Source: a virus
Direction: 5' to 3' (one strand)
Length of the DNA stretch: 64,000 bases
Virus record (IMG/VR): IMGVR_UViG_3300021962_000044
Coordinates: 1 to 64,000 of that record
The first letter of the stretch is position 1. Each line of letters begins with the position of its first letter. Below the pieces are notes generated by a model. The model saw nothing but the letters and a program-made list of their open reading frames with translations, had not been told where the DNA came from and ran no database searches. Position numbers and translations under genes: made by a program. Shown in pieces: positions 49,831 to 60,022 of this stretch.

Positions 49831-50433
49831 TTGACTACACGCATAGAACGAGATTTTTCATTTCAAGCAGGTGTTTATTTCCAAGAAGAATTTTTAATGA
49901 ACGTATATACTATATCATTATATATGGATGTAGAAACAGAATCTATTAGAGAACAAAACGTAGCAATGGAAAGAATCAAATACTTTCTAAATGATTGTTT
50001 AGAGAATAGCATTTTTGTACAAGATACTGAACATAAAATTATTGAGAAATATAATTCATGTGGCTTTAAAGTTTGTACAGTTCCCGAAGAACCTTACGAT
50101 CAAATTATTACTATACTGTTATTAACTAAACTGAATAGCATTACTGAAGGAAGATTAGTAATTACTGATATTACTTTAGGCTCAAGGATAAGCGATCAGG
50201 TTAAGTTTAGTTATGATATTGAAAGTCCACGTGGTCCTTTAGAAGTAGCCGGATGGTGGACAGATAACGGTACATCAATATCAGATCCTGTCAAAAAATC
50301 AGTACGTAAAGACAAAATTGTTAAGTTGTTTAAAACACAATCAACAGATTGGGCAGAATACAATTTAATTTGGAAAGAAAAAGATCCTAAAATTAAAAGT
50401 GAAATTGTTTTCACTACCGATCTTGAAAAATAA
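49831..50433 (+). CDS. Hypothetical protein
   Basis: 200-aa ORF with TTG start. Confidence 0.65.
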   Translation: MTTRIERDFSFQAGVYFQEEFLMNVYTISLYMDVETESIREQNVAMERIKYFLNDCLENSIFVQDTEHKIIEKYNSCGFKVCTVPEEPYDQIITILLLTKLNSITEGRLVITDITLGSRISDQVKFSYDIESPRGPLEVAGWWTDNGTSISDPVKKSVRKDKIVKLFKTQSTDWAEYNLIWKEKDPKIKSEIVFTTDLEK

Positions 50434-50481
50434 CTAACCAAAACTATTGTATACTATTGATAACTATGCTATAATATACAA

Positions 50482-50988
50482 ATGAAAACTGATAATTATG
50501 GTCAATTAATTTTTAATCAAAATGACCTATGCGAATTATTCTTACAAGACCCTACCCGTACTATCAATAATGCACTAGTTGATAGCGTGATAGAATTTAA
50601 TGGGTTTCTATCATTAGACAATATTCCAAATTTACAATTGTATCAAAAACCAACTATATCACTGGAAGAGTTTGATAACAATAAGCAGAAAAATTGGCAT
50701 ATGCCCAAAGAATATTATGAATTAGATATTGCTAAATGGGTGTTAGATCAATGCAAAAGTGAAGCAGAATTACAACGTGCAGGTGAGGAATTAATTAAGT
50801 TCCAAGAACGTAATATGTTTGTATTATTACAATATTTAAAGTATTTGGTTGACACAATGCGTAAGAATAATATTGTTTGGGGAGTGGGTAGGGGTAGTAG
50901 TGTAGCAAGTTTTGTATTGTTTTTAATAGGAATACACCGTATAAATAGTTTATACTATGATCTATCTATAGATGAGTTTTTAAAATAA
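50482..50988 (+). CDS. dnaE: DNA polymerase III alpha-like fragment (N-part of split mini-DnaE)
   Basis: R..EEL..; WGVGRGSSVASFVLFLIGIHRINSLYYDLSIDEFLK corresponds to DnaE GRGS..FERFL; leaderless sigma70 promoter. Confidence 0.8.
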   Translation: MKTDNYGQLIFNQNDLCELFLQDPTRTINNALVDSVIEFNGFLSLDNIPNLQLYQKPTISLEEFDNNKQKNWHMPKEYYELDIAKWVLDQCKSEAELQRAGEELIKFQERNMFVLLQYLKYLVDTMRKNNIVWGVGRGSSVASFVLFLIGIHRINSLYYDLSIDEFLK

Positions 50989-50998
50989 GGAGAATATA

Positions 50999-51358
50999 AT
51001 GGCTAATTATAAAACAGCAATGGGTAAAACAGTTGATATGGCTGCATTAACCGCAAGAAATGAAAAAACTAGAGCAGTCGGTAATATGAAAGTTAATGCT
51101 CGAGGTGATACTATTGACGGGCAGGGTCGTATTATTAAAACGGCTACCGCCAAAGTAAATGATTCATATAACAAAACTGTAGGTAATCGTTCAGCACAAC
51201 CGGTACGCAATAAGCCAAAAACATCTGCGGCACCTCCATCAAAACCCGCAATTGATCTATCACAACTAAATGAAATTGAACGTGAATTAGAAGAATCATT
51301 AGAAGATGATTTAGAAATTGAAAAAATTAAAGCACAGGAAATTAAAGGTAAAAAATGA
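50999..51358 (+). CDS. Hypothetical protein
   Basis: AVGNMKVNARGD motif; AAGGAG RBS. Confidence 0.7.
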   Translation: MANYKTAMGKTVDMAALTARNEKTRAVGNMKVNARGDTIDGQGRIIKTATAKVNDSYNKTVGNRSAQPVRNKPKTSAAPPSKPAIDLSQLNEIERELEESLEDDLEIEKIKAQEIKGKK

Positions 51359-51732
51359 ACCAATACAGTAAACCAGCATTTAGCCCTACTAAAGTAGATA
51401 CAATGAGATTCTTTAAGGATCATATCATTGTATCTGACATGCATTTTGATGAACGTGTAACTTCAGGTGGTATTATCTTAATGGATGATGATAAGAAAAG
51501 TTCTGGCATTAGACCTCGTTGGGCAAAGATTTATGGTATAGGTCCTGATCAAAATGATCCACAATTAGAAATTGGTAAATGGATACTTATTAGTCATGGT
51601 CGGTGGACACGTGGAATTACAGTTGAAACTCCTGCAGGTAAACAAACATTGCGTAAAGTTGATCCTAATGATATACTCTTAGTATCAGATGAACCAATGG
51701 AAGATGAAACAATAAGTGATAAGGTATATTAA
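51355..51732 (+). CDS. groES: GroES-like co-chaperonin
   Basis: DHIIV..ERVTSGGIIL mobile loop, GIGP, DILLV. Confidence 0.75.
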   Translation: MNQYSKPAFSPTKVDTMRFFKDHIIVSDMHFDERVTSGGIILMDDDKKSSGIRPRWAKIYGIGPDQNDPQLEIGKWILISHGRWTRGITVETPAGKQTLRKVDPNDILLVSDEPMEDETISDKVY

Positions 51733-51750
51733 CATGACAGGAGTGGATGA

Positions 51751-51966
51751 ATGAATTCAATTGAGTTAGCGGATCACTTAATATTTCGGGCAAAACATTT
51801 ACATGAATTTACTGTAACTACAACTGTACCCAAAAATCTTAAATTTAATGGTCATATACCATTTGACATTAGTGTAAAAGATGATATACTTAGTGCTATC
51901 GTATATGCTGTAGACTTTGATGAAGCTACAACAATACTTAATAATTATTTGGAAAAACACACATGA
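51751..51966 (+). CDS. Hypothetical protein
   Basis: 71-aa ORF with AGGAG RBS. Confidence 0.55.
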   Translation: MNSIELADHLIFRAKHLHEFTVTTTVPKNLKFNGHIPFDISVKDDILSAIVYAVDFDEATTILNNYLEKHT

Positions 51967-52259
51967 TAAATTGGTTAAGACAAAAATTACAAAATTTTCT
52001 GCATCCACAATATCCACATGACAGTGATGTAGTAGAAACAAAAACTCATAGAAGAGGTGTTCTAGTTAGAGGATCAAGTCTTGATAGTAGAGGTATGAGT
52101 TTTACTATCCATATGGCTAGTGGTGGATATGTTTTAGAATACTCATCTTATGATGACAAAACAGATAGACATAACCATAATTTACATATTATCCCTTCCG
52201 ACCAAGATATGGGTCAGGGTATCGCACATATTATCACATTAGAAATGTTAAGAAAATGA
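51963..52259 (+). CDS. Hypothetical protein
   Basis: ATGA overlaps at both ends. Confidence 0.65.
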   Translation: MINWLRQKLQNFLHPQYPHDSDVVETKTHRRGVLVRGSSLDSRGMSFTIHMASGGYVLEYSSYDDKTDRHNHNLHIIPSDQDMGQGIAHIITLEMLRK

Positions 52260-53182
52260 ATAAGAAACTTTGGGTAGAATCATACAGGCCGAACACAATA
52301 GCAGACTATGTGTTTGTAGATGAACGACAAAAGAATCAAGTAGAGGGTTGGGTTAAAGATGGATCTATCCCTCATTTATTACTATCAGGTGATCCGGGTA
52401 CAGGCAAAACAACTCTTGCTAAAGTACTGATCCACGAACTTGATGTAAGTGAATATGATGTATTGGAGATCAATGCATCACGTGAGAATAGCGTAGATGT
52501 TGTACGTAACAAGATTGTTAACTTTGTACAAACAATGCCTTTTGGTAGCTTCAAAGTAGTATTATTAGATGAAGCAGATTATTTGACACCAGCTGGTCAA
52601 GCGGCATTACGTAATGATATGGAAGCATATCATATGACAGCAAGATTTATTTTAACTTGTAACTATCAGCATAGAATTATCCCTGCATTGAAGTCACGAT
52701 GCCATGAGTTTCACATTACAAAAACAGATAAAACAGAGTTCACTGCGAGAGCGGCAACTGTGTTAGTAAGTGAAAACATTGAATTTGATTTAGATGATTT
52801 AGATAGTTATGTTCGTGCCACATATCCAGATTTGCGTAAATGTTTAAATCAGTTACAGGTTAATAGTAGTACAGGGAAACTATTACCACCACAAACACAA
52901 GGATCTAGTGAGAATGAATTATTAGTTGATGCAACTAATTTATTTAAAGCAGGCAAAATCCTTGAGGGTAGACAACAGTTATTACAATATATTGCTTTGT
53001 ATCCTACACGTATTGAAGATACATATGCATGGATGTATCAAAATTTAGATTTATGGGGTAAGTCTAATGAGAAGCGTGATGCTAGTATTATTGTTATTAG
53101 AAATGGTTTAGCTAATCTAAGTTTAGTGGGTATACCTGAAATTAGTTTGGCAGCAACTCTTTGCGAACTTTCTGCGTTATAG
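52256..53182 (+). CDS. Clamp-loader large subunit (T4 gp44/RFC-like)
   Basis: WVESYRP, GDPGTGKT, NAS, LDEAD, SRC. Confidence 0.9.
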   Translation: MNKKLWVESYRPNTIADYVFVDERQKNQVEGWVKDGSIPHLLLSGDPGTGKTTLAKVLIHELDVSEYDVLEINASRENSVDVVRNKIVNFVQTMPFGSFKVVLLDEADYLTPAGQAALRNDMEAYHMTARFILTCNYQHRIIPALKSRCHEFHITKTDKTEFTARAATVLVSENIEFDLDDLDSYVRATYPDLRKCLNQLQVNSSTGKLLPPQTQGSSENELLVDATNLFKAGKILEGRQQLLQYIALYPTRIEDTYAWMYQNLDLWGKSNEKRDASIIVIRNGLANLSLVGIPEISLAATLCELSAL

Positions 53183-53192
53183 GATTATCAAC

Positions 53193-53465
53193 ATGAGATA
53201 TTTATTAATTACATTCATGAGAAAGCCCAATGGGCAAATTGATGAACAAGTAGCGGTATCAAAAAAAGTTAAACCAAGTGACTTGCAGACCTGTAATGTT
53301 ATATTAGATTATGCTAATAAAACAGTAGATAAATGCGTAATTGAAGGTAAAGCTTTAGATAGAGAGTGGGATAAGATGCATGAATATTATGTAAAGATTT
53401 ATCCTAATCTTATTTCACAACTTGAAAAAGAAGCAAGTATTACTGCAAAGACAAATGGGGCCTAA
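53193..53465 (+). CDS. Hypothetical protein
   Basis: 90-aa ORF with AGGA RBS. Confidence 0.65.
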   Translation: MRYLLITFMRKPNGQIDEQVAVSKKVKPSDLQTCNVILDYANKTVDKCVIEGKALDREWDKMHEYYVKIYPNLISQLEKEASITAKTNGA

Positions 53466-53475
53466 GCCCCATTTT
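53453..53475. terminator. Bidirectional terminator
   Basis: AAATGGGGC-CTAA-GCCCCATTTT between convergent genes. Confidence 0.85.
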
Positions 53476-53476
53476 G

Positions 53477-54259
53477 TTAACTGTATAAGTTAAGCACATG
53501 TTCAATGATTTTATGTCGTTGAACGTCTTTGAGTTCAAATTTGCATAATTGCAATCCCGGAATCACCCCCTTCCTCAATCGATTTTGTAAATCTAATAGC
53601 CCATTGTCGGCTGTTTTACGATCGGCTTGTTCAATATCGCCAGTAATTACAATCTTACTACCGACGCCGATTCTGGTCATAATCATTTTAAGTTGACCCG
53701 GGGTTGCGTTTTGTGCTTCGTCTAATACTACCCAACTATGTTTGAAATTTCGTCCTCGACAAAATGCTAGAGGTGCAATTTCCACTATCTGTTCTTCTAG
53801 CATGTGGGCTATTTCCTTTGTTGTGTAGAATTCACGCAAAACGTCTAATAACGGTCTAGTCCATGGTTCCATCTTTTGATTGATATCTCCTGGCAAAAAC
53901 CCGTGTTTTTCGTCATCAACACCTACTGCAGGCCTAGATAATATAATTCTATCACATTCACCATTACGCATAGCTTTTATGGCAGCAAGCATAGCTAAGT
54001 AAGTTTTACCAGTACCCGCAGGACCTGTGACTACGACAATATCTGTCTGCTCATCCAGTAGTGCGAGGATATAATTTTCTTGGTTAACTGACTTAGGGAT
54101 AAGTTGAACGGGCTTTTTATTGACCCGCATTTCCCGTTGTGCTTGTGCGAAATCTATCGTTTTTGATTCATGTGTGTAAAATGTTTGATTATCTTGTTTT
54201 TTACTGTGTGAAAACCGTGTGTCTTGTGTACGTAATGCGCTAGTTTTTCTTTTGCTCAA
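53477..54259 (-). CDS. phoH: PhoH-like ATPase
   Basis: GPAGTGKT, GFLPG, RGRNF, DEAQN, TRIG, GD..Q.D; TTG start 54259 after AAGGAG. Confidence 0.95.
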   Translation of the reverse strand: MSKRKTSALRTQDTRFSHSKKQDNQTFYTHESKTIDFAQAQREMRVNKKPVQLIPKSVNQENYILALLDEQTDIVVVTGPAGTGKTYLAMLAAIKAMRNGECDRIILSRPAVGVDDEKHGFLPGDINQKMEPWTRPLLDVLREFYTTKEIAHMLEEQIVEIAPLAFCRGRNFKHSWVVLDEAQNATPGQLKMIMTRIGVGSKIVITGDIEQADRKTADNGLLDLQNRLRKGVIPGLQLCKFELKDVQRHKIIEHVLNLYS

Positions 54260-54430
54260 GTTAATTCTCCTTTGTAGAGCGTGAGTTCTCATAACACTCA
54301 AGTTTATTTAAGGTCAATACTATCAGTCATAGTAGCATACTTATTGTGTAGCCATTAATGATAAATATTAGGCTACGGTATCAAATATCGTTATTTGATG
54401 TATTCAAACTATAAAAGATAAATACTTTAT

Positions 54431-55039
54431 ATGAAAACCGCAGACGAATTTTTTGACAACGTTGATTATGTTAGCATAATCGATACCGTTAAGGGTATAT
54501 TTACCAGTGACGGCTCAATGGCTGTTTTACTAGACTACGAGCGAGTCTTAGATGAAGCCGACTTATATGCATTTAAGAACTGGGAATTGGGCGAATTAGT
54601 TCAGGGCCCTGACGTTAAACGCTATACAGTAGCATGTATATTCATGTATCCATACAAATTAATGCCCGACCCACGTGGTGCTAAACGTTTAGCTAGTGTG
54701 GGATGCAAAATCAAGTTTAAAAAGACTAAGATTAAGGTTCCGGTAGCTGTGACTAATCCAGATGATTATATCCCGGGTACAAGATATCCAAAAACAGCTT
54801 TACGTGAAGTATGGCTAGTATATATTGAAATGCCCAAAGAATTGATGGATGATATCCGTGAAGGTTCTATTGACTTGGCTGGTCAGAATATTGACTTGAA
54901 TGAGTTAGATGATGCCTACGATGCTGATTTAGATAAAGAAGATACCGGTGAAGAGGAAGATCAACAACAGGATATGATGGATCAAACCGGTACAGCAGCT
55001 CCTGGAATGGGAATGCCTCCTCCATTACCGGCAATGTAA
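54431..55039 (+). CDS. Hypothetical late protein
   Basis: ATG 6 nt after TAAATA; acidic tail. Confidence 0.7.
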   Translation: MKTADEFFDNVDYVSIIDTVKGIFTSDGSMAVLLDYERVLDEADLYAFKNWELGELVQGPDVKRYTVACIFMYPYKLMPDPRGAKRLASVGCKIKFKKTKIKVPVAVTNPDDYIPGTRYPKTALREVWLVYIEMPKELMDDIREGSIDLAGQNIDLNELDDAYDADLDKEDTGEEEDQQQDMMDQTGTAAPGMGMPPPLPAM

Positions 55040-55040
55040 T

Positions 55041-55598
55041 ATGACAAATAAAACTATATTAAATGAAGGTTTAGAATATCACGACTTAGTAGGTCAAATG
55101 CTTCCTACCGTAACTGTAGATGAATATGCGGCTCATATGGGTGAAGATAGTGAAATAGTAACATTAGCATTTACTGTTAAAAGTGAAGCTGCCGGAAATG
55201 ATTTAGCTGATTGGTTTGAACGTGGTTATGATTTTGTATTAGATGCACAAGTTAGCGAAGGTGAAGTTAAGCCCGGGCAATATCTAGTATTTGTTGAAAT
55301 GAATCGTAGAAGTAGTGTACCTAAACGTATCATTGAATTGTTAGATGATTTAGAAACATTAACTGCTATACCAGTTAAAGATTGGACAGTTGTTGTTGAT
55401 GATGAAGAATACTCACCAGAAGAAGATGTATTGAAACAAGTTATTACTATCAGTCCGCATGAATATCGTGAAACTGAAGAAGTTGATGAAGAAGAAATTA
55501 ATGAAATGCGTGAAAGAGCTGGATTAGAAGTTAAAGTACTTCATGCTGATAAACAAGATGCTGAAATAAAAGCATTTAAATCAATGGCGGGATTATAA
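55041..55598 (+). CDS. Putative head-associated protein
   Basis: ILNE leader; acidic; ends MAGL. Confidence 0.6.
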   Translation: MTNKTILNEGLEYHDLVGQMLPTVTVDEYAAHMGEDSEIVTLAFTVKSEAAGNDLADWFERGYDFVLDAQVSEGEVKPGQYLVFVEMNRRSSVPKRIIELLDDLETLTAIPVKDWTVVVDDEEYSPEEDVLKQVITISPHEYRETEEVDEEEINEMRERAGLEVKVLHADKQDAEIKAFKSMAGL

Positions 55599-55600
55599 GA

Positions 55601-56176
55601 ATGGCAACAATATTACCTAAAAAAGCCGGATTTGAACAACCAATGGCATTGGATGATGATCACTATACAACATTGGCAGCTGATCCTAGTATTAATCAAT
55701 TCCCTCAAGGTAGTAGTTATGGTAGTACCTCTTTCGGTAATAACAGTATGAGTGCAGGTGGTTTTGGGTCACCAAACTCATTTTCAAGCCCAAACTTCAA
55801 TCAACAATCAACTTCAGGATTTGGAAGCACACAAAACGTTAATCAATCAAATAGCAATCAACCAGTACTCACAGGAGCCGCACCAACAAATGCTGCCAGT
55901 GGGGCAGATGTATTAGTAGCTAACGACAACACAGATTGGATTAACAAAAAATGGCGTCCAGTTATGGGTTGGATCTATATGCTAACTTGTACCATGGACT
56001 TTGTTATATTTCCAATCTTATGGAGCTTATTACAAGCAATGAGCAAGGGATCAGTTACAATGCAATGGCAACCACTAACATTGCAAGGTGCCGGTCTTTA
56101 TCACATCGCTATGGGTGCTGTTCTTGGTATTGCGGCTTATGGTCGTACAAAAGAAAAGATTGAGGGTAAATCTTAA
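55601..56176 (+). CDS. Holin-like membrane protein (3TM/GTA holin-like)
   Basis: WRP.MGW.Y hydrophobic helix; GAVLG...YGRT.EK. Confidence 0.7.
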   Translation: MATILPKKAGFEQPMALDDDHYTTLAADPSINQFPQGSSYGSTSFGNNSMSAGGFGSPNSFSSPNFNQQSTSGFGSTQNVNQSNSNQPVLTGAAPTNAASGADVLVANDNTDWINKKWRPVMGWIYMLTCTMDFVIFPILWSLLQAMSKGSVTMQWQPLTLQGAGLYHIAMGAVLGIAAYGRTKEKIEGKS

Positions 56177-56177
56177 T

Positions 56178-56205
56178 TTGACAAATAGCACAACGGTGTT
56201 ATAAT
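56178..56205 (+). promoter_or_regulatory. Sigma70 promoter giving a leaderless dnaJ mRNA
   Basis: TTGACA-16-TATAAT, ATG 6 nt downstream. Confidence 0.7.
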
Positions 56206-56211
56206 AGTTAA

Positions 56212-57012
56212 ATGGAACATTATCAAACTTTAGGGGTAGCTAAAACTGCTACGCCTGATGAAATTAAAAAAGCATATCGCAAGTTAGCAAGTCAACATCA
56301 CCCTGATAAAGGTGGTGATACTGCTACATTTCAAAAAATTCAAATTGCATATGATATTTTAAGCGATCCTGAAAAACGTAAACAATATGACAATCCAATG
56401 CCTCAAGGTTTTCCTGGAGGTCATCCAGGACAAGGTGGATTCCATTTCAATATGAATGGTTTCAGCATGGATGATATATTTGGACAAATGTTTAAACAAC
56501 ATCATCAACAGCAACAGCAACAACAAGTATACAGAACAAGTGTTTGGATTAATTTGGAACAAGTATATTCGGGCGGGGAGCAAACAATGAAGTTGCAAAC
56601 TCAGCATAAAGCGCATATGATAAAGATTGATATACCCAAAGGTATACAAGAAGGTGGTCAAATACGTTATGAAAATATAGTTGATGGAGCACCTTTAATA
56701 GTAGAATTTAGAATTCATAATCATTTGAAATATGAAAGAAGAATTAATGACTTATACTGCAATCAACCCATATCAGTATTAGATTTAATTGTTGGAACAA
56801 GTTTTGAATTTACTACCCTGGGTGGTAAAACCCTAGAAGTAACAATTCCTCCCAAAACTCAACCGCATATGCATGTGAAATTAGGTGGGCATGGATTGCC
56901 AATACAAGGAACTATTGCGTATGGAGACCAAATACTATTGCTAAAACCCTTTATACCTGATATAGTTGATAGTCGTATAACTGATAGCATTTTGCTATCT
57001 AAATCTGAGTAA
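56212..57012 (+). CDS. dnaJ: DnaJ/CbpA-type class II J-protein
   Basis: J-domain with HPD, G/F linker and C-terminal domain; no Zn finger. Confidence 0.9.
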   Translation: MEHYQTLGVAKTATPDEIKKAYRKLASQHHPDKGGDTATFQKIQIAYDILSDPEKRKQYDNPMPQGFPGGHPGQGGFHFNMNGFSMDDIFGQMFKQHHQQQQQQQVYRTSVWINLEQVYSGGEQTMKLQTQHKAHMIKIDIPKGIQEGGQIRYENIVDGAPLIVEFRIHNHLKYERRINDLYCNQPISVLDLIVGTSFEFTTLGGKTLEVTIPPKTQPHMHVKLGGHGLPIQGTIAYGDQILLLKPFIPDIVDSRITDSILLSKSE

Positions 57013-57036
57013 ATAATTTTTTAAAAGGAACTGAAT

Positions 57037-59313
57037 GTGAATAATTCACCCGAAATCGAAGCAATTATCGAGGAAGCAATTGGATTTGCTAAACAGCGTA
57101 AACATCAATATTGTACTATTGAACATTTGTTATTAGCATTGATAACACACACACCATTTAAGAAATGTTTGGATAGTTTCGGAAGTGATACCGAAACAAT
57201 GATTCAAGAGGTTACTGCATACGTTGATAGTCTACATGCTATTGTTGCAAAGGTAGAACCTGAAATTGAAATTCAACCACGAAAAACTAATAGTTTAGAA
57301 CGGGTAATGAATCGTTCAGTAACACAGGTACTATTTACCGGTCGTAGACAAGTTACAACTATTGATTTATACTTAAGTATATCTAGCGAGGGAAATAGTC
57401 ATGCACATTATTTCTTATTAAAATATGGTATAAGTAAAAATGATTTTGTACCACATTGGCAACAAACTTACAAAGGGGCTGAATTCACAGCTAAACTTTC
57501 AGAAAATCAAGCTGATGAAATATTGGAAGAATATACAACTAATTTATCCGATCTAGCACGATCAGGTAAATTAGAGCCACTCATTGGACGTAGTAAAGAA
57601 CTTGATGATATTGTAAATGTTCTTGCTAAACGTTTTAAAAGTAATGTATTAATGGTGGGTGATCCGGGTGTGGGTAAAACTGCAATTGCTGAAGGTCTCG
57701 CACAAATGATTTCACTAGGTGATTGCCCGGAGTTTATTCTTAACCATGAAGTATATTCACTTGAAGTGGGAGCATTACTTGCAGGATCTAAATATCGTGG
57801 TGACTTTGAAGAAAAGGTCAAACAAGTACTAGAAGCACTAAACACTAAGAAAAAATCAATTTTATTTATTGACGAAGCACATACTATGAAGGGCAGTGGT
57901 TCAGCTAGCAATGGGTCAATTGACTTTGCTAACATGATTAAGCCTGCAATTACTAAAGGTACATTAAAAGTTATTGCAAGCACAACTTGGGAAGAATATT
58001 ACGAATCATTTGAAAAGGATCGTGCATTAATGCGTAGATTCTATCGTGTATCAATAGATGAACCATCACTTGACAGCACTATTCGTATTCTTAAAGGATT
58101 AAGCACACGATTAAATGACTTCCATGAAGTTGATATCAGTGAGGAAGCAGTAACGGCAGCAGTAGAAGCGTCAGCTAGATATATTCATGACCGCAAGAAC
58201 CCAGACAAAAGTATTGATTTACTTGATGCGGCTTGCGCTAAACAACGTGTTGCAGGGAATAAGGGAGCAATCATTACTAAAGATTTGATCCACGAACAAG
58301 TTGAAAAATTCACAGGTGTTCCTGCTGATAAACTTAATGGTGATAACTTTGACCGTATCAATAGCCTTGAAGTTAATATCAAAGGTAAATTGTATGGACA
58401 GGATGAAACCGTTGAACAAGTATTAGAACGTGTATATGTATCATTTGCTGGAATAGGTAATGAACATAAACCTACAGCAAGTTTTATCTTCTTAGGCCCA
58501 ACTGGCACAGGCAAAACAGAATTAGCCAAGTTGTTAAGTAAAAATCTTGACATGACATTACTCAAGTATGATATGAGTGAATATAGTGAAAAACACTCAG
58601 TATCAAGTTTGATTGGTCCGCCCCCTGGCTATGTTGGCTTTGGAGATAGCCAAGTAGGTGGAGGACGATTAATCAATGACTTAAGCAAGAACCCACACAG
58701 CATTCTGTTGTTTGACGAAGTAGAGAAAGCTCACCCTGATATCTTTAACATCTTCTTACAAATGTTAGATGAAGGACGTATTACTGGAAGCAATGGTAAA
58801 GAAGTTAACTGTAAGAATACTATTATTATTATGACAAGTAACTTGGGCAGTAGTGATAGTGAGAAAAACAATATTGGATTTGGTAATCAGGAAAAAGTAG
58901 GTGAAGATGACAAAGCAATTAAAGAATTCTTTAAACCAGAATTTAGAAATCGTGTTGATTTGATTTGTAAGTTTGGTAAACTTGATACATTAGCTATTAA
59001 GAAAATTGTTGTTAAGTTTACAGAAGAATTAAAAAAATCTCTAATAGAGAAACATAACATTAGTTTGAATTTGAGTGAGCCGGTTGTGGATTATTTAGCT
59101 GATAAAGGTTATGACAAAAAGATGGGCGCCCGTCCACTAGGTCGTAAAATTGATGAATTGATTCGTGTACCATTGAGTAAGAAAGTATTGTTTGAACGTA
59201 TTAAAAATGCTATGGTAACATGTATTCTAGTAGATGATAAAATTGAATTTAATGTAGTACAGAAATCAATAGCGAAAGTAGGATCAGATGGCATTATTGA
59301 AATCAGTAACTGA
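57037..59313 (+). CDS. clpA: ClpA-type AAA+ unfoldase
   Basis: N-domain EHLLLAL; GDPGVGKT and GPTGTGKT; KYRG and GYVG pore loops; IGF ClpP-docking loop; no M-domain. Confidence 0.92.
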   Translation: MNNSPEIEAIIEEAIGFAKQRKHQYCTIEHLLLALITHTPFKKCLDSFGSDTETMIQEVTAYVDSLHAIVAKVEPEIEIQPRKTNSLERVMNRSVTQVLFTGRRQVTTIDLYLSISSEGNSHAHYFLLKYGISKNDFVPHWQQTYKGAEFTAKLSENQADEILEEYTTNLSDLARSGKLEPLIGRSKELDDIVNVLAKRFKSNVLMVGDPGVGKTAIAEGLAQMISLGDCPEFILNHEVYSLEVGALLAGSKYRGDFEEKVKQVLEALNTKKKSILFIDEAHTMKGSGSASNGSIDFANMIKPAITKGTLKVIASTTWEEYYESFEKDRALMRRFYRVSIDEPSLDSTIRILKGLSTRLNDFHEVDISEEAVTAAVEASARYIHDRKNPDKSIDLLDAACAKQRVAGNKGAIITKDLIHEQVEKFTGVPADKLNGDNFDRINSLEVNIKGKLYGQDETVEQVLERVYVSFAGIGNEHKPTASFIFLGPTGTGKTELAKLLSKNLDMTLLKYDMSEYSEKHSVSSLIGPPPGYVGFGDSQVGGGRLINDLSKNPHSILLFDEVEKAHPDIFNIFLQMLDEGRITGSNGKEVNCKNTIIIMTSNLGSSDSEKNNIGFGNQEKVGEDDKAIKEFFKPEFRNRVDLICKFGKLDTLAIKKIVVKFTEELKKSLIEKHNISLNLSEPVVDYLADKGYDKKMGARPLGRKIDELIRVPLSKKVLFERIKNAMVTCILVDDKIEFNVVQKSIAKVGSDGIIEISN

Positions 59314-60022
59314 TGTACCGGGTATAGATTATTACGATTACCGAGATAGTGAATATTATAATAAGTTTGCTTATCGGTTAAGATTTAAAATGCCCAGTAT
59401 TAGGTATATCATCAATGAGACCAAAGTTGATGGTTTGATGAAAAGGTATAATGCTACTAGTGGTTGGCGAGTTATTAGAGAAGAAGATAGACCAATAGTT
59501 ACTGAAAATCTAGAAGCACTTAAACAGTTAATAGAGTTACGTAATAGTGTTAAAAAGAATGGTACAGCAACAGTTCGTTTAGAATGGAATCATGCATCTG
59601 TTTTTAGCAATGATTTATCTTTTTTGAAAAACATTGAAAACATCAAGCCTGAATTAGAATATGATTATACTCAGGTACAAACAAACAATTTTGTAGGTGT
59701 AAAATCATTTGTTAATGATCCTAAACATAAGTTTAGAGTATATTTGAAATCTAAGATAGTTAAGGGTGATTTAATACAACAACTTGATGATCTGTTAAAA
59801 CGCACCCCTAGCTTGTATCCATGTAATTCATTAAAAAATTGGTTACTAGGTGCATTACTTACTACAAATCAACATACTTGGAGATACCGTTTTACTAGTC
59901 CTACACATTTCATTGATTATGATGATGAAAGTACATTAAGCTATCTAGCAATAATGTATGGAGAATATCTTGGAAAACGATATAAATTAGAAAAAAGAAT
60001 AGAAAATTATGGAACCAATTAG
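59288..60022 (+). CDS. Hypothetical protein
   Basis: 244-aa coupled ORF. Confidence 0.7.
   Translation: MALLKSVTDVPGIDYYDYRDSEYYNKFAYRLRFKMPSIRYIINETKVDGLMKRYNATSGWRVIREEDRPIVTENLEALKQLIELRNSVKKNGTATVRLEWNHASVFSNDLSFLKNIENIKPELEYDYTQVQTNNFVGVKSFVNDPKHKFRVYLKSKIVKGDLIQQLDDLLKRTPSLYPCNSLKNWLLGALLTTNQHTWRYRFTSPTHFIDYDDESTLSYLAIMYGEYLGKRYKLEKRIENYGTN

Noticed and set aside
49831-50433. QueD/PTPS-like enzyme
   Set aside because: The N-terminus faintly resembles a T-fold, but the Zn-binding histidines are absent.
56496-56526. Poly-Gln tract in DnaJ as a contingency locus
   Set aside because: Mixed CAA/CAG/CAT codons in a flexible linker; length change would stay in frame.
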